A stretch of 62,513 bases of DNA, taken from the IMG/VR virus record IMGVR_UViG_3300037424_002587, positions 1 to 62,513 of that record. One strand, written 5' to 3'. A program made the position numbers and the translations under genes. Under the pieces are notes generated by a model. The model worked only from the letters and a program-made list of their open reading frames with translations, had not been told where the DNA came from and made no database searches. Below, one piece after another: positions 9,062 to 19,041 of the stretch (positions within the stretch are counted from its first letter, which is position 1; each line of letters opens with the position of its first letter). This DNA is from a virus. Its lineage: Duplodnaviria; Caudoviricetes.

Positions 9062-12000
9062 CTATATTTGATACTGGGCAATCAATGTGGCTAATTCATC
9101 TTTTTTAGGTTTGGGTAAAATCATACCCGTTCCTTGATTTTTTTGTGCATTTTTTTCAACTAAAGCCGTAAGTTTTTCAGTAGCCTTAGTTGATTCCTTA
9201 ACAGCCGCTACCACCTCTTCTTGTACTATAAGTTTAGATGGCATTATAGCTACAGGAGGTTGAGGTTGGGGCACCTTTGCAGTTGGTTCAGGAGTTACTG
9301 TTCTCTCCATAGGAATATCCATAGCGACTTCCACAGTAGGAGGATACTTTCGTTGATAGGCTGCATAATAAGCATTAACTTTCTCAATATAATCTTTTGT
9401 TTCTTGTGGTAAAACTTTTTTTGAACCTTTAAAATATTTGTTTAAACTGCCCATACCCCAATTATATGCTGCTAATGCTTTGTTAACGTCTCCCCCATAA
9501 CGATCTAATAACTGACCTAAATATTTAGTGCCTGCCATAACATTTTTGTTGGTGTCGTAAATATCTTCCAAAGTATTTAAACCTAAATCGCTGGCAGTAG
9601 AGGGCATTAACTGCATTAAACCTCTAGCGCCTGCCTTTGATTGGAGTGAAGGATTACCACTTGATTCTTGCATAATAACCGATCGAATTAAGTTAGGCTC
9701 GACATTATATTGCTTGGAAGCTTTTGCAATTGCTTGTTCAATGTTAGAAGCAAATTGATTGATTCCTTTAATGCCTATCTCTCGTTCTTCTATTTGTTTA
9801 ACCCAATTAGCAAAAGTTTGTTCATTTTTAGTTAAAGCCTTAGAAAATTCTGCTGTGCCCGTGGAAGCACCTAAGAGAACTTTTGTAGTATACATTATAG
9901 CTTTAGCATTTTGAGCTTCAGCACTCATGGTAGTTTTAAAAGCAGCTTTTTGTATTCTTATCTTTTCTCTAATTTGATCAAGTTCCGCTTCATGCTTCAT
10001 TCTTTTTAGTGCAGCCTCTTTTTTTATAATAAGAGCACGAGCAAGGGTTGCTTGCTTTTCAGCTTCTCTTTGCTTTTTTTGAGCTTGAACTTCTTTGAGA
10101 TGCTGTTCATAGGCCTCGCGAGTTTCTGTTTTAATCCCAAATGTGGCACGTAGTTTATCGGATCGCTGCTGCCACCAGTCAATTTTAGAACTCATCCAAT
10201 TCGCAAAAACTTTTGCTTCCCTTGCTACTGTTTTAATCATCTCTCGAGTATCAGAATAAGCTAATTTTACACCATGCCACCAATCTTTAAAAGCTTCTAC
10301 GTCTCTTTTCCATTCATCTCGCATTGCTCCCATAGCAACTTCAACACCTTTACTCCAATTAGGAAATGTTTTTTGAAACCAAGCAATTATTTTATTCCAA
10401 TTTTTCCATACAAGTATAACAGCCGTGATGGCTGCGACTACTGCTAAAACAGGCCAAACAACTGACCACATAGTCCATGCTAATGTTCCTAGACTTACAC
10501 TTGAAGTGCCTGCAGTAGTACCAATACCTAATAAGGCACCAATAGCTTTAGCGGTACCCTTTAGAAAACCTCCAAAAGTAGTGGCTGATAGAGCATCACT
10601 AAATAAAGTGGTTCCCAATTTAGCTCCTAAGACAGCAATTCCATATTTAACTAAAGCTGAGGCTGCAAACCCTGTTATTTTTAAAATAGGATCAAATCCT
10701 AATCCAAATAATTTTAATGCAAAATATGCAGGTATAATAGCATCCTTAAATTTGTAAAATTGTTTTATTAGATAGCTAACGCTCCCCTCAGTCTTTTTTT
10801 CAACATTTGTCCAAAACTTTTTTAACCAATTATCAAATACATTGCCTAATTTTGAGCTTTCTTCTGCAGCAAGATTAGTTAAAGCCTCAGTACTCTTCGC
10901 CCAATTTTTAAGGCCTGCTGTGTTTGCAGCTTCAAATTGTTTCAAAATTTTAGGTGCTTTTTGTATAGTACTTTGCAATGTTTCAAAATCTATTTGTGCT
11001 AATTCTGCAAATCTTCTAAGTACATCACCGCCTGTTTCTGAAGCACTACGCAATCTCCCCATATTACCCAGTAAAAGCTTAAATGCTTTAGGCATATCAC
11101 CTGAAGTTATTGCGTCTTTTATTTGATCTACACTAACACCAAAGGCCTGAAGTTGTGTAGCAGCTTCAGGTGTATTTTGTAAAGCTAAAGCCATAGAGCT
11201 TAATACTTTAGTACTATCACCACCTACTTGATTTAAAGAGCCAATAGCATTAGCTAAACTTACTAAGAAGTCTTTACGCGCTTCACCTTCTACTTCTCCC
11301 TCTCTAAAAGAACGAATAAATTGATCCCCTAAGGTTCTTACACCTTCTATTAAAGTATCTATTGGGATATCGACTGTTCGGCTTGTTTGTACAAGAGACG
11401 CCAGAAAATTACTGGCCTCATCCGCGCTCAATTTCCAAACAGTAGTCATGGTATGACCTAAATCAGCAGCAGCATCTATACTAACATTGGTTGCTTTAGA
11501 CATGAGATATATTGTTTCCCCTAATTTTTTAACAATATCCTCTGCTTTTGCCCCTGTTTTAGCTACTGCAATATAAGCATCAGCAATTTCAGTAGGTAAA
11601 GTATAAATGGGCTTTGCCATTTTATTAAAATCTTCAGCAGTTTTAATAATGTCTTTTCTCCACTGCTCTGGAGGTAAATCAAACTGTGCAGTTTTTCTAA
11701 GCTCTATTATAGCATCGTTTAGGCCCGCAATTTTACCAATAAAACTTTTAATACCTTCAATACTACCAAGCATAAATTCTCGACCATGCAATTTGAGTAG
11801 ATTTAGAACTTGAACTTTTAAATTTTCCGCTATCCCTCTATAACTTTTAGCGGCCTTTTCCGCAGATTTTTCTATTTGCTCCATACGCCATCTTGTTAAT
11901 TCCATGCGAAATGCAGTATCCTTTATTTTATTATTAATACTCTCAAAGTCGCCTACTGCAAAATGTGAAGATCTAATTACATCTGTAAAGTCTTCTAAGA

Positions 12001-12589
12001 GATCACCAATATTTTTAGAGGACACTTCAAAATCTGCAGCAATACTCCCTGAACCTTTTTTAACAGAGACTACTTTTCTAAGTACGTTTGTTAAACCTTG
12101 TTGCATTTTTTCAAAATCGTCTTCAACTGTCTTAATGTCAGCCGGGGTTACTTTAAGTTTTTTTTGCAGCAACTCTTGCAAATCATCACTTAAATCAAAA
12201 GAGCTCAAACTTACACTTCTCATGACTTCAATCAGTTTATCAATCTTTTCAGGAGTTAAAGGTTCAAAACGAATTCGAGGAAGGGAAGAAGGAGGAGGTT
12301 GTTGTGAAAAAGGGGTTCCTACAGGAGCAAACCCTGGAAACCCCTTTTTACCTCGAACTGTTTGTCTTGTAGAGGTTTCTATTTTCATTAAGAGGGGAAT
12401 AGCATTTTTAAAAAAACGAAGAATAGATGTAGCCCCTGTCTTTCCAAATAACCCAGAGCTATCGAGTAATCCTGTCAAATTTTTAAAGGATACATCGAAA
12501 CTTTGTTGCAACTTTAATAGGGCAACTTGAGCATCTTGTAAAATATTTACCATTTGTAAGGCAGCTGGATCTTTTTTTCTTCTTGCCAT
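9062..12589 (-). CDS. Tape measure protein with C-terminal lytic transglycosylase (SLT) domain
   Basis: 1175 aa, helical and Ala-rich with a hydrophobic segment. IMQESSGNP..GARGLMQLMP..AGTKYL..ALAAYNWG SLT motifs. Confidence 0.9.
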   Translation of the reverse strand: MARRKKDPAALQMVNILQDAQVALLKLQQSFDVSFKNLTGLLDSSGLFGKTGATSILRFFKNAIPLLMKIETSTRQTVRGKKGFPGFAPVGTPFSQQPPPSSLPRIRFEPLTPEKIDKLIEVMRSVSLSSFDLSDDLQELLQKKLKVTPADIKTVEDDFEKMQQGLTNVLRKVVSVKKGSGSIAADFEVSSKNIGDLLEDFTDVIRSSHFAVGDFESINNKIKDTAFRMELTRWRMEQIEKSAEKAAKSYRGIAENLKVQVLNLLKLHGREFMLGSIEGIKSFIGKIAGLNDAIIELRKTAQFDLPPEQWRKDIIKTAEDFNKMAKPIYTLPTEIADAYIAVAKTGAKAEDIVKKLGETIYLMSKATNVSIDAAADLGHTMTTVWKLSADEASNFLASLVQTSRTVDIPIDTLIEGVRTLGDQFIRSFREGEVEGEARKDFLVSLANAIGSLNQVGGDSTKVLSSMALALQNTPEAATQLQAFGVSVDQIKDAITSGDMPKAFKLLLGNMGRLRSASETGGDVLRRFAELAQIDFETLQSTIQKAPKILKQFEAANTAGLKNWAKSTEALTNLAAEESSKLGNVFDNWLKKFWTNVEKKTEGSVSYLIKQFYKFKDAIIPAYFALKLFGLGFDPILKITGFAASALVKYGIAVLGAKLGTTLFSDALSATTFGGFLKGTAKAIGALLGIGTTAGTSSVSLGTLAWTMWSVVWPVLAVVAAITAVILVWKNWNKIIAWFQKTFPNWSKGVEVAMGAMRDEWKRDVEAFKDWWHGVKLAYSDTREMIKTVAREAKVFANWMSSKIDWWQQRSDKLRATFGIKTETREAYEQHLKEVQAQKKQREAEKQATLARALIIKKEAALKRMKHEAELDQIREKIRIQKAAFKTTMSAEAQNAKAIMYTTKVLLGASTGTAEFSKALTKNEQTFANWVKQIEEREIGIKGINQFASNIEQAIAKASKQYNVEPNLIRSVIMQESSGNPSLQSKAGARGLMQLMPSTASDLGLNTLEDIYDTNKNVMAGTKYLGQLLDRYGGDVNKALAAYNWGMGSLNKYFKGSKKVLPQETKDYIEKVNAYYAAYQRKYPPTVEVAMDIPMERTVTPEPTAKVPQPQPPVAIMPSKLIVQEEVVAAVKESTKATEKLTALVEKNAQKNQGTGMILPKPKKDELATLIAQYQI

Positions 12590-12592
12590 GGT

Positions 12593-12847
12593 TTAATTCT
12601 TTGCCCGCCTTGTCTGGTTATCCATTTCGATTTTTTCCAGACGCATTTGCTCTACTAATCTATTATAATAGAGTTGTCTGTCTGGAACATACAGCTCATC
12701 GAGATTTGTTAAAGTATCTAAATGTTTATAGGCTATTTGAAAATTTTGTTCTCTGATATTAGCGCCCTCCTCTAAGCTTGGGACGAAAAAACTCAGGACT
12801 AAAAGGTAAAGGAGTTTCAATTTCATATCCACAGGAGGGACATTCAA
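12593..12847 (-). CDS. Tail assembly chaperone C-terminal part (gp51/GT-like), probably reached by frameshift
   Basis: Overlaps the end of 12759..13508 in the +1 frame and lies immediately before the tape measure gene. The only ATG downstream of the overlap is 15 codons from the stop. Confidence 0.55.
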   Translation of the reverse strand: MNVPPVDMKLKLLYLLVLSFFVPSLEEGANIREQNFQIAYKHLDTLTNLDELYVPDRQLYYNRLVEQMRLEKIEMDNQTRRAKN

Positions 12848-13508
12848 ATTCTAAATCTTTGGAAAAACCAGGTTCTATATTTCTAATAGCTTCTTGAAAA
12901 ATTAAGGAATCCATACCTGTCATATTTTCTGATATAAATATCAAACTTTCAGAAAGGTTAACTGATTTTCCATTTATATTAACAATGTGTCGAGCGAGAG
13001 TGTATATATAAGCGGGATCTCCTTCAGTTACTCCCCGTTTAAATGCTTGACTTTTATATCTATCAATTTCTACTTCATCATTTCCTGTTAATAATCTAAA
13101 TCCTAATTCTGCAGTATTATCAGATAATTTAACAATGTAAGGTTCTGAAAGACCTTCAGAAAGTTCATTAATTTCTAATTCATCAGGAATATGAATTTCT
13201 TTTCTAAACATTAATCCACAATTAGGGCATTTAATCTTAAATCCATAGGAAGAGCCATAAGTAAATTTTCTAATCATAAATAATAGAAATAACCTATCTC
13301 CTGATAATAATTGCAATGGATTTAATCCAACTTCTTTTAAAGTAGGCACACATTTAGAAATTAAAGCATTTAAAATACTAATCATGTCGGTCCGACCCGC
13401 TAATAAGGCTTCTTGACCCGTTTTCATAGGTAAAATTTCCACCTTTCCCCCAACTAAATTGGGGTAAGGAATTCCTTTGGAAGGCAACACTATGCTATTT
13501 CCTAACAT
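12759..13508 (-). CDS. Tail assembly chaperone / baseplate hub assembly (gp26-like) protein
   Basis: LPSKG, GDRLFLL..IR..TYG, two CxxC motifs, ending EFFRP; lies between tube and tape measure genes. Confidence 0.75.
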   Translation of the reverse strand: MLGNSIVLPSKGIPYPNLVGGKVEILPMKTGQEALLAGRTDMISILNALISKCVPTLKEVGLNPLQLLSGDRLFLLFMIRKFTYGSSYGFKIKCPNCGLMFRKEIHIPDELEINELSEGLSEPYIVKLSDNTAELGFRLLTGNDEVEIDRYKSQAFKRGVTEGDPAYIYTLARHIVNINGKSVNLSESLIFISENMTGMDSLIFQEAIRNIEPGFSKDLEFECPSCGYEIETPLPFSPEFFRPKLRGGR

Positions 13509-13586
13509 ATATTTCTCTCCTTTTGTTAGTTATTGAAAATATTCTTAAAAATTATAATCTTTCTTTTTAAATTCGAAAAGATTAAT

Positions 13587-14168
13587 TTAAGCGCTTCTAT
13601 CTGAAGCTCCTACTAAGTTAACAGGGATCGCTTTATCATATCGAATAGTAACCTCTATTTTATTTTGTTCCATAGTAGAATAATCAAGAGTAGCTCCATA
13701 ATTAACTCCTGAGGGCCAACATCCTCTTAACATCCATTCTCTTCGAAAAGAACCATCTGGAGCAAATAAAACAATAGTAGCGTCCACTTTATAATTTCTG
13801 GCTAAGCCTATAGCGCCCGTATTGGGATCGTATACTTGTTGTCTCCAATCAGAGATGGTTTTCATAACAGGTTGATCCACATAATCTTTGAGAGTTAAAG
13901 TGCCCGCTTCATACAATGGCTTACCCGCAACATATACTCTTTCATTAACAAAGTGTACTTCAATCTCCTCGCTTGTTTCATTGGGTAAAAAACCAAGATC
14001 TAAGGCGAGTTCTATTACTCTTTTAGTATCATTATTACCTTGACTTGGCGGAGATACTTCGAAATACCAGTTATTTTGTCTCTGGATTTCATAATTTCCT
14101 TGTACTCCTGGAGTGCCACCAAAGCCTGTTCCCGCGCTAATGTGGCCTGCAGATAAATTAATAGCCAT
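13587..14168 (-). CDS. Tail tube protein (gp19-like)
   Basis: YVAGKP, TLTLKD, W.LRGCWPSGVNYG..LDYS, IEVTIRYD. Confidence 0.9.
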   Translation of the reverse strand: MAINLSAGHISAGTGFGGTPGVQGNYEIQRQNNWYFEVSPPSQGNNDTKRVIELALDLGFLPNETSEEIEVHFVNERVYVAGKPLYEAGTLTLKDYVDQPVMKTISDWRQQVYDPNTGAIGLARNYKVDATIVLFAPDGSFRREWMLRGCWPSGVNYGATLDYSTMEQNKIEVTIRYDKAIPVNLVGASDRSA

Positions 14169-14171
14169 ATG

Positions 14172-14636
14172 TTATACTCCTTCTTCTTCTTCCTCTTCCT
14201 CTGTTATTTCCTCGGTTTCCTCAGGTTGCTCTTCAATTTCTTCTTCTGCTTTTTCTGCTTCTTCATCTACTTCATTACCCTCTTCATCTTCATCGAGCTC
14301 TTCAGCCTGTCGTTCCTCCGGATTATTTGATTTATATTCTAAATGTTCAGAAAGAATTTTATTGAATTTTTCTTCTAATTTGTCAAAATCATCTTGTAGT
14401 AAATCTACTAAGTCTTCAGGTGATACTCCTAACTTTTTTTCTAATATTCTAGTAGCCAGATCTTCAATTTGATCACGTAGTTTTCCTGCATATTTTATAG
14501 CCTCAATTTCTGCGGTTCTACGACTAATTTTATCGGCTAGAACATTTCTAAGATCTGCTGCTAGCACATAATGCCCTCTCATTTCTAAAGTGTCTACTAT
14601 TTTTTGTTCATTTTTACTTTGCAAGGTTAACACCAC
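14172..14636 (-). CDS. Hypothetical protein with highly acidic C-terminal tail
   Basis: ORF between sheath and tube genes; Glu-rich last ~50 aa. Confidence 0.65.
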   Translation of the reverse strand: MVLTLQSKNEQKIVDTLEMRGHYVLAADLRNVLADKISRRTAEIEAIKYAGKLRDQIEDLATRILEKKLGVSPEDLVDLLQDDFDKLEEKFNKILSEHLEYKSNNPEERQAEELDEDEEGNEVDEEAEKAEEEIEEQPEETEEITEEEEEEEGV

Positions 14637-14692
14637 CTCATTTTCTTATCTAAAATCTTGTTGAAGCACTTAAAACGCTTCTTATTTCAGAG

Positions 14693-14726
14693 GAAATTCC
14701 GTCACCCTAAAAGATGACGAAATTTC
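14693..14726. other. Imperfect stem-loop downstream of the sheath gene
   Basis: gaaattccgtca-ccctaaaaga-tgacgaaatttc. Confidence 0.4.
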
Positions 14727-14765
14727 GTTATCATTTAAAATGCTATAAACATCTGGCCTATATTA

Positions 14766-17243
14766 TTAATACTCAACTTCTGTAAATGAAACACCCGTCG
14801 GAGTAGATACAAAGTCAACAGCAATAGCTTCTGCATATTTAGTGTGTTGCATTAAAATTTTTCCAGCCATATTGTTTTGAGCTATTAAATCCGCGGTATT
14901 AGTCGATTCATCACAAATAACTCTAAAATCCACCAAGCCTCTACGATTTTTAATTGACTCAAAAAGAGGAGTAACTAAACGCACAAAACGCCTCCAAGTA
15001 GTGGCATCATCTGGTTCAAAAACAAGTTGACTAACAGCAGTAGAAACTACTTTTTCTGCATAACATAACATTCTTCGCGTTGCCACTCTGTCTTTAGCTG
15101 TAGTTGCCCTTTGTAAAGTTTTTTGGCCATATATTTGAATTAAATTATCTAATTCACGAATTGGATTTAAATTATTACCTCCCCCATACATTAACTCAAT
15201 ATCTCCCTCTTCAGGATTATATTCAATACCAAGTGCAGAAATTAACCTACCTCTTTGAGGGCCTGCAGGTGGAAACCATGGATCTGCAATATAATCGGTA
15301 TAAGCCATTTGAGCTGCAACAAAACCACTGGAAGGTAGCCAAATATCTGCAGCACTATATTGATCATATATTCGTATCCAAGGCCAATATAAGGCAGCAT
15401 AAGAAGAATTTAAAGAAGTACGCGAGGAATATACACCCTCTCCATTCATAAAGTTAACAGCATTTTGTACACTTAATCCGTACGGAGTATCTAAGATAGT
15501 AATGCAATCTCTGCGATCTACTTCTGAAACACTAATCATTTTATTTTGAACTGCTTCAGAAGTAACGCCAGGCACTATTAAAATATTAATATCTATTTCC
15601 TTAGGGTTACTAAAAATCTCCAAACCTGTTTTAGTTTGACCTCCAACCTGTCCTATATAATCGGCATCAACAACATCAGTTATACCGCTTACCCCTCCTA
15701 CAAGAACATAATCTCCATTAATAGGTAGTGAAGATACCGCAGAGGCATCAGTAGAGGTAATATAATTAGATGTAGCCAATTGAGTTTCATGAAAATAAGA
15801 ACTTGAAGAATCCTTGCTTAAATTATCGAATACTTCTAACTTTATATTATTAGTATCATAAAGAGTTAATTTAAATGTGCCATCAATACCTTCATAAGTT
15901 CCTACAGTCCATCCAACAGTTGTATTCATACTTGAAGCAATTGAGTTAACAGAGAAGGTATGCCCTGAACCCACCTGATCCATAGTAATTCTAATTTTAC
16001 CACTTACGGCATCAAAAGATAAACCTGCCGCAGCTAATGCAGTGTCCAATAAACTTGCTAAAGAAGCCGCCGTATAAGTACCTATTGCTATTGTACCTGT
16101 AGCTGGTGTACCATCAACAGTAAAAGAATAAGCATTATTAGCTATAGTAAGTACAAAACTTTCAGTGGCAGAACCCGTATGTGTGGCCCCTGTTGCCCCA
16201 ATAGTTCCATCTGTAAGACTAAACGAATAATTATTAGCCCAAGTGCCTTCAGTATTAGCAGAAACTGTCAAAGTAGTAGTCGTTCCATCTGAGCCTGCGT
16301 GAGTAGCATTATCAAGACCCAAAGTAGTATCGCAAGTACTTACTGAATTTACCTTTAGTGTTTCAGTAGAACCCGCTTGCGTCTTAACTAATTTAACTCT
16401 ACCAATACTATCTGCGGCTGCTACAAAATCTGTTGCCGTTGCATTGATGTCTTGAGCAACTTGTAAAGCACTTCGCGTTCCGGCCGTTAGAGTAAAAGTC
16501 TGTGTTCCTGCTCCAGTTCCTGCTAACAAAACACTTAAATAATCAGTGCCATCAGATCCAGTATAAGTTGCTTCGGTCCAGCCAACCACAGCATACATTT
16601 CATTTGCAGTATTATTAAGTGTAATAGTGGTAGAGCCTCCCGCATCATCGGAAGTAAATCTGATCTTACCATCTACGTCTTCAAATGTAATAGCTGTAGT
16701 TGCTGCATTTAATAACGCGACTAATGCCGCGGCTGTATACGTACCTGCAACTATAGAACCAGTTTGGGTTCCTGCGTGCGCTCCACCCGCTAGTGTAAAA
16801 GAAAAAGCATTAGAGGTTGCCCCCAATGTAAAATTTTCAACTTCAGTACCTGTGTGAGTGCCCCCCGTAGCCGCAGTTATTGTAAAGTATTCACTATTCG
16901 ATCCAGTTACTGTAGCCTGAGCAGCAGCACCCGGTACAGCTTTTGAGGCCTTTGTAGCACTAGTGTATGGAGGTCCGTCTACACTGCCTCCACAAACACG
17001 CACAACCCATAATGCTCTTCCCCTTTTTAAAAATTCTAAAGCTGCATAACCCATGTAAGAATTTGATGTAGGTTGTCCAAATGTTTTAACAAACTGATCT
17101 GCACTCGTAATATAAGTTGCCACGTTGATAGGACCTTTAACTGCGGTCCCTATTATAGCGCACACACTCGTTGATAAAGCTGAAGCGTATTCGCTTAAAT
17201 CTATTTCCCGAAAATAAACTCCGGGGACTACATAGTATGCCAT
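14766..17243 (-). CDS. Tail sheath protein (gp18-like)
   Basis: PGVYFREIDLS, KGP, YAALYWPWI, PWFPPAG..RG, GQKTL, LVFEP, DFRVICDESTNT motifs. Confidence 0.95.
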   Translation of the reverse strand: MAYYVVPGVYFREIDLSEYASALSTSVCAIIGTAVKGPINVATYITSADQFVKTFGQPTSNSYMGYAALEFLKRGRALWVVRVCGGSVDGPPYTSATKASKAVPGAAAQATVTGSNSEYFTITAATGGTHTGTEVENFTLGATSNAFSFTLAGGAHAGTQTGSIVAGTYTAAALVALLNAATTAITFEDVDGKIRFTSDDAGGSTTITLNNTANEMYAVVGWTEATYTGSDGTDYLSVLLAGTGAGTQTFTLTAGTRSALQVAQDINATATDFVAAADSIGRVKLVKTQAGSTETLKVNSVSTCDTTLGLDNATHAGSDGTTTTLTVSANTEGTWANNYSFSLTDGTIGATGATHTGSATESFVLTIANNAYSFTVDGTPATGTIAIGTYTAASLASLLDTALAAAGLSFDAVSGKIRITMDQVGSGHTFSVNSIASSMNTTVGWTVGTYEGIDGTFKLTLYDTNNIKLEVFDNLSKDSSSSYFHETQLATSNYITSTDASAVSSLPINGDYVLVGGVSGITDVVDADYIGQVGGQTKTGLEIFSNPKEIDINILIVPGVTSEAVQNKMISVSEVDRRDCITILDTPYGLSVQNAVNFMNGEGVYSSRTSLNSSYAALYWPWIRIYDQYSAADIWLPSSGFVAAQMAYTDYIADPWFPPAGPQRGRLISALGIEYNPEEGDIELMYGGGNNLNPIRELDNLIQIYGQKTLQRATTAKDRVATRRMLCYAEKVVSTAVSQLVFEPDDATTWRRFVRLVTPLFESIKNRRGLVDFRVICDESTNTADLIAQNNMAGKILMQHTKYAEAIAVDFVSTPTGVSFTEVEY

Positions 17244-17357
17244 CCGATAGTTTCTCCTTTCCTATTATCTCTTGTCAAGTATAAATAAACTATCAAAAAA
17301 TTGCTCTAACTAAATTACAACATATACTTGCTTTTGAGAGTAAATATGTGTATACAA

Positions 17358-18374
17358 TTATTTTTTTTCTAAAAAGCCACGAGCTATCTTATCCCTAATA
17401 TCTGGAGACTGTTCCAATTCGGAAGTCGTAATACCAATCATTCCTTTAGCCACAATGGGAACTGCGGTGTCTCGGCCATTTCTGATCACATGGATATACA
17501 ATAGTTGATTTAACTTATTTATTAATTTAACTTTCTGCATTACAACTCTCTCCTCTTTAATAACTTGGACATTATTTTCAGATGGGGGCCTTGTTGTAGT
17601 TGTTTGAAAATTTACATCTTCAAAATACCAAGCATCCAAACAATAAGCATTATAATAATCATAAGATAGATAACCGTATCCTTGATTTCCCCAAGAAATT
17701 CCCCAACTATTTTTAAATTTAATTAATTGTTTTGTATCCTCAAATCCACAAACGGTAATGGCGTGTCCGCCCCGAGGTTTTTTCCTATTTTTGGGCATAG
17801 GAACAATTCCGTCTATAGGTTTAAAAATTTCATCGAAACAGGTAATACCTATAACAATTGGCCCCTTACTAAGTAAAATTTTTAATTGTTCTAGAGTAGT
17901 TATTCTCCAATAAGAAGCACATTTATACCAATTTGCTACATAAATCGCCCATTTTTCGGGGGCTCCCTTTGTAATGGGATCATAATTCCAACCGGATTCA
18001 ACTGGAATCCCTTGTTTTTGTAAGATATTCATTGCAAATCTAAAAGAAGTGCCTTGTGTATTAGGCCAGGAATCAATTTCCTTACATTTATAATAAAGCC
18101 ATTGTTCACTAAGATCATATTCTTTATTTTTATTAACTTCTAATTTATGTTCTTTTTTTTCTTGCCATTCCTTAATAGCACATACTGAAAAAGCAACGCA
18201 ACTTCCCAAGGGACCTTGATTTTTAACAGGGGACATCTCAGGTTCCCAATCTATTTCAGGGGGAGTTTCCTTGGTTTCTAATAAATAGCTTGAATTACAT
18301 GCTAAATAATCCCGACTATCTTTTGGATCTTTCTCTGCACCTAATATTACATCTTTATATGAAAGCTCTTCCAC
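17358..18374 (-). CDS. Papain-family (C1A) cysteine protease with in-frame C-terminal extension
   Basis: NQGPLGSCVAF (catalytic Cys), GGHAI (His), KNSWG (Asn). Internal GAGGAG RBS plus ATG at 17540. Confidence 0.9.
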   Translation of the reverse strand: MEELSYKDVILGAEKDPKDSRDYLACNSSYLLETKETPPEIDWEPEMSPVKNQGPLGSCVAFSVCAIKEWQEKKEHKLEVNKNKEYDLSEQWLYYKCKEIDSWPNTQGTSFRFAMNILQKQGIPVESGWNYDPITKGAPEKWAIYVANWYKCASYWRITTLEQLKILLSKGPIVIGITCFDEIFKPIDGIVPMPKNRKKPRGGHAITVCGFEDTKQLIKFKNSWGISWGNQGYGYLSYDYYNAYCLDAWYFEDVNFQTTTTRPPSENNVQVIKEERVVMQKVKLINKLNQLLYIHVIRNGRDTAVPIVAKGMIGITTSELEQSPDIRDKIARGFLEKK

Positions 18375-18394
18375 GCAATTTTACTCCTTTCTTT

Positions 18395-19018
18395 TTATCC
18401 AGTATATTCTTGAATATCTAATAAGTAATTTTCGGGACTTTCCAAATATTCTATAATAGCTTTCTGAATAAGATTAACGTTTCCTAATAGTCTAATCCAT
18501 ACACCCAAATTAATATTGATTGAACTATTATAGTACCCCGCTCTATCTTCTTCATGTAGAATAAATTCATTAACACTATTGGTTATATCTAAAGATATTC
18601 TATATTCGCGATTTGTTTCCCTATGAAAAATATGAACGATGGGAGAGTCCATCACTGAAATCCAAAAAGTTCTTTGCATATTTTCAACGGTGTCTCTGCC
18701 AGGAGCCCAAAAATCAATAATATAAGGATGTGTAATAGGAATTGCACGAACACGAGTTCCTTTTCTTGTTCCCGTAGTATCGGATACTACTAATTGTCCA
18801 ATCCTGTGTAAATAAGCATTGTATCTTGTGGTATCTAATTCTACGTCGCCTGTCATTTCATAAGAAACAAAAGGTAAAGAAATTTTGGATAAATCCTGAC
18901 GTTTAGCTATGTGTTTACTAAATGTGTCAAAAGCTTGTTCTCTTTTAGCTTGAACTATTTCAACATTCAAAGCTTGTTTAATGTAGTTGCCTAAACCCTC
19001 ATTATAATCTTTAAGCAC
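18395..19018 (-). CDS. Putative tail terminator/completion protein (gp15-like)
   Basis: LPFVSYE..D..R and P+..Y.IDFW pattern; position upstream of the sheath gene. Confidence 0.5.
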   Translation of the reverse strand: MLKDYNEGLGNYIKQALNVEIVQAKREQAFDTFSKHIAKRQDLSKISLPFVSYEMTGDVELDTTRYNAYLHRIGQLVVSDTTGTRKGTRVRAIPITHPYIIDFWAPGRDTVENMQRTFWISVMDSPIVHIFHRETNREYRISLDITNSVNEFILHEEDRAGYYNSSININLGVWIRLLGNVNLIQKAIIEYLESPENYLLDIQEYTG

Positions 19019-19041
19019 GTAGAACTCCTTTATTAGGTTTT

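Noticed and set aside
14693-14726. Another copy of the mini-element family
   Set aside because: The CTAAAAG loop is reminiscent of IS200/IS605 hairpins, but neither the TTTAT left segment nor the TCAC end is present; kept only as a generic stem-loop.
3218-19018. Bacterial eCIS, tailocin or T6SS locus
   Set aside because: Contiguous with phage-type replication genes, inteins and homing endonucleases on one strand, and has a long tape measure; better explained as a phage tail module.
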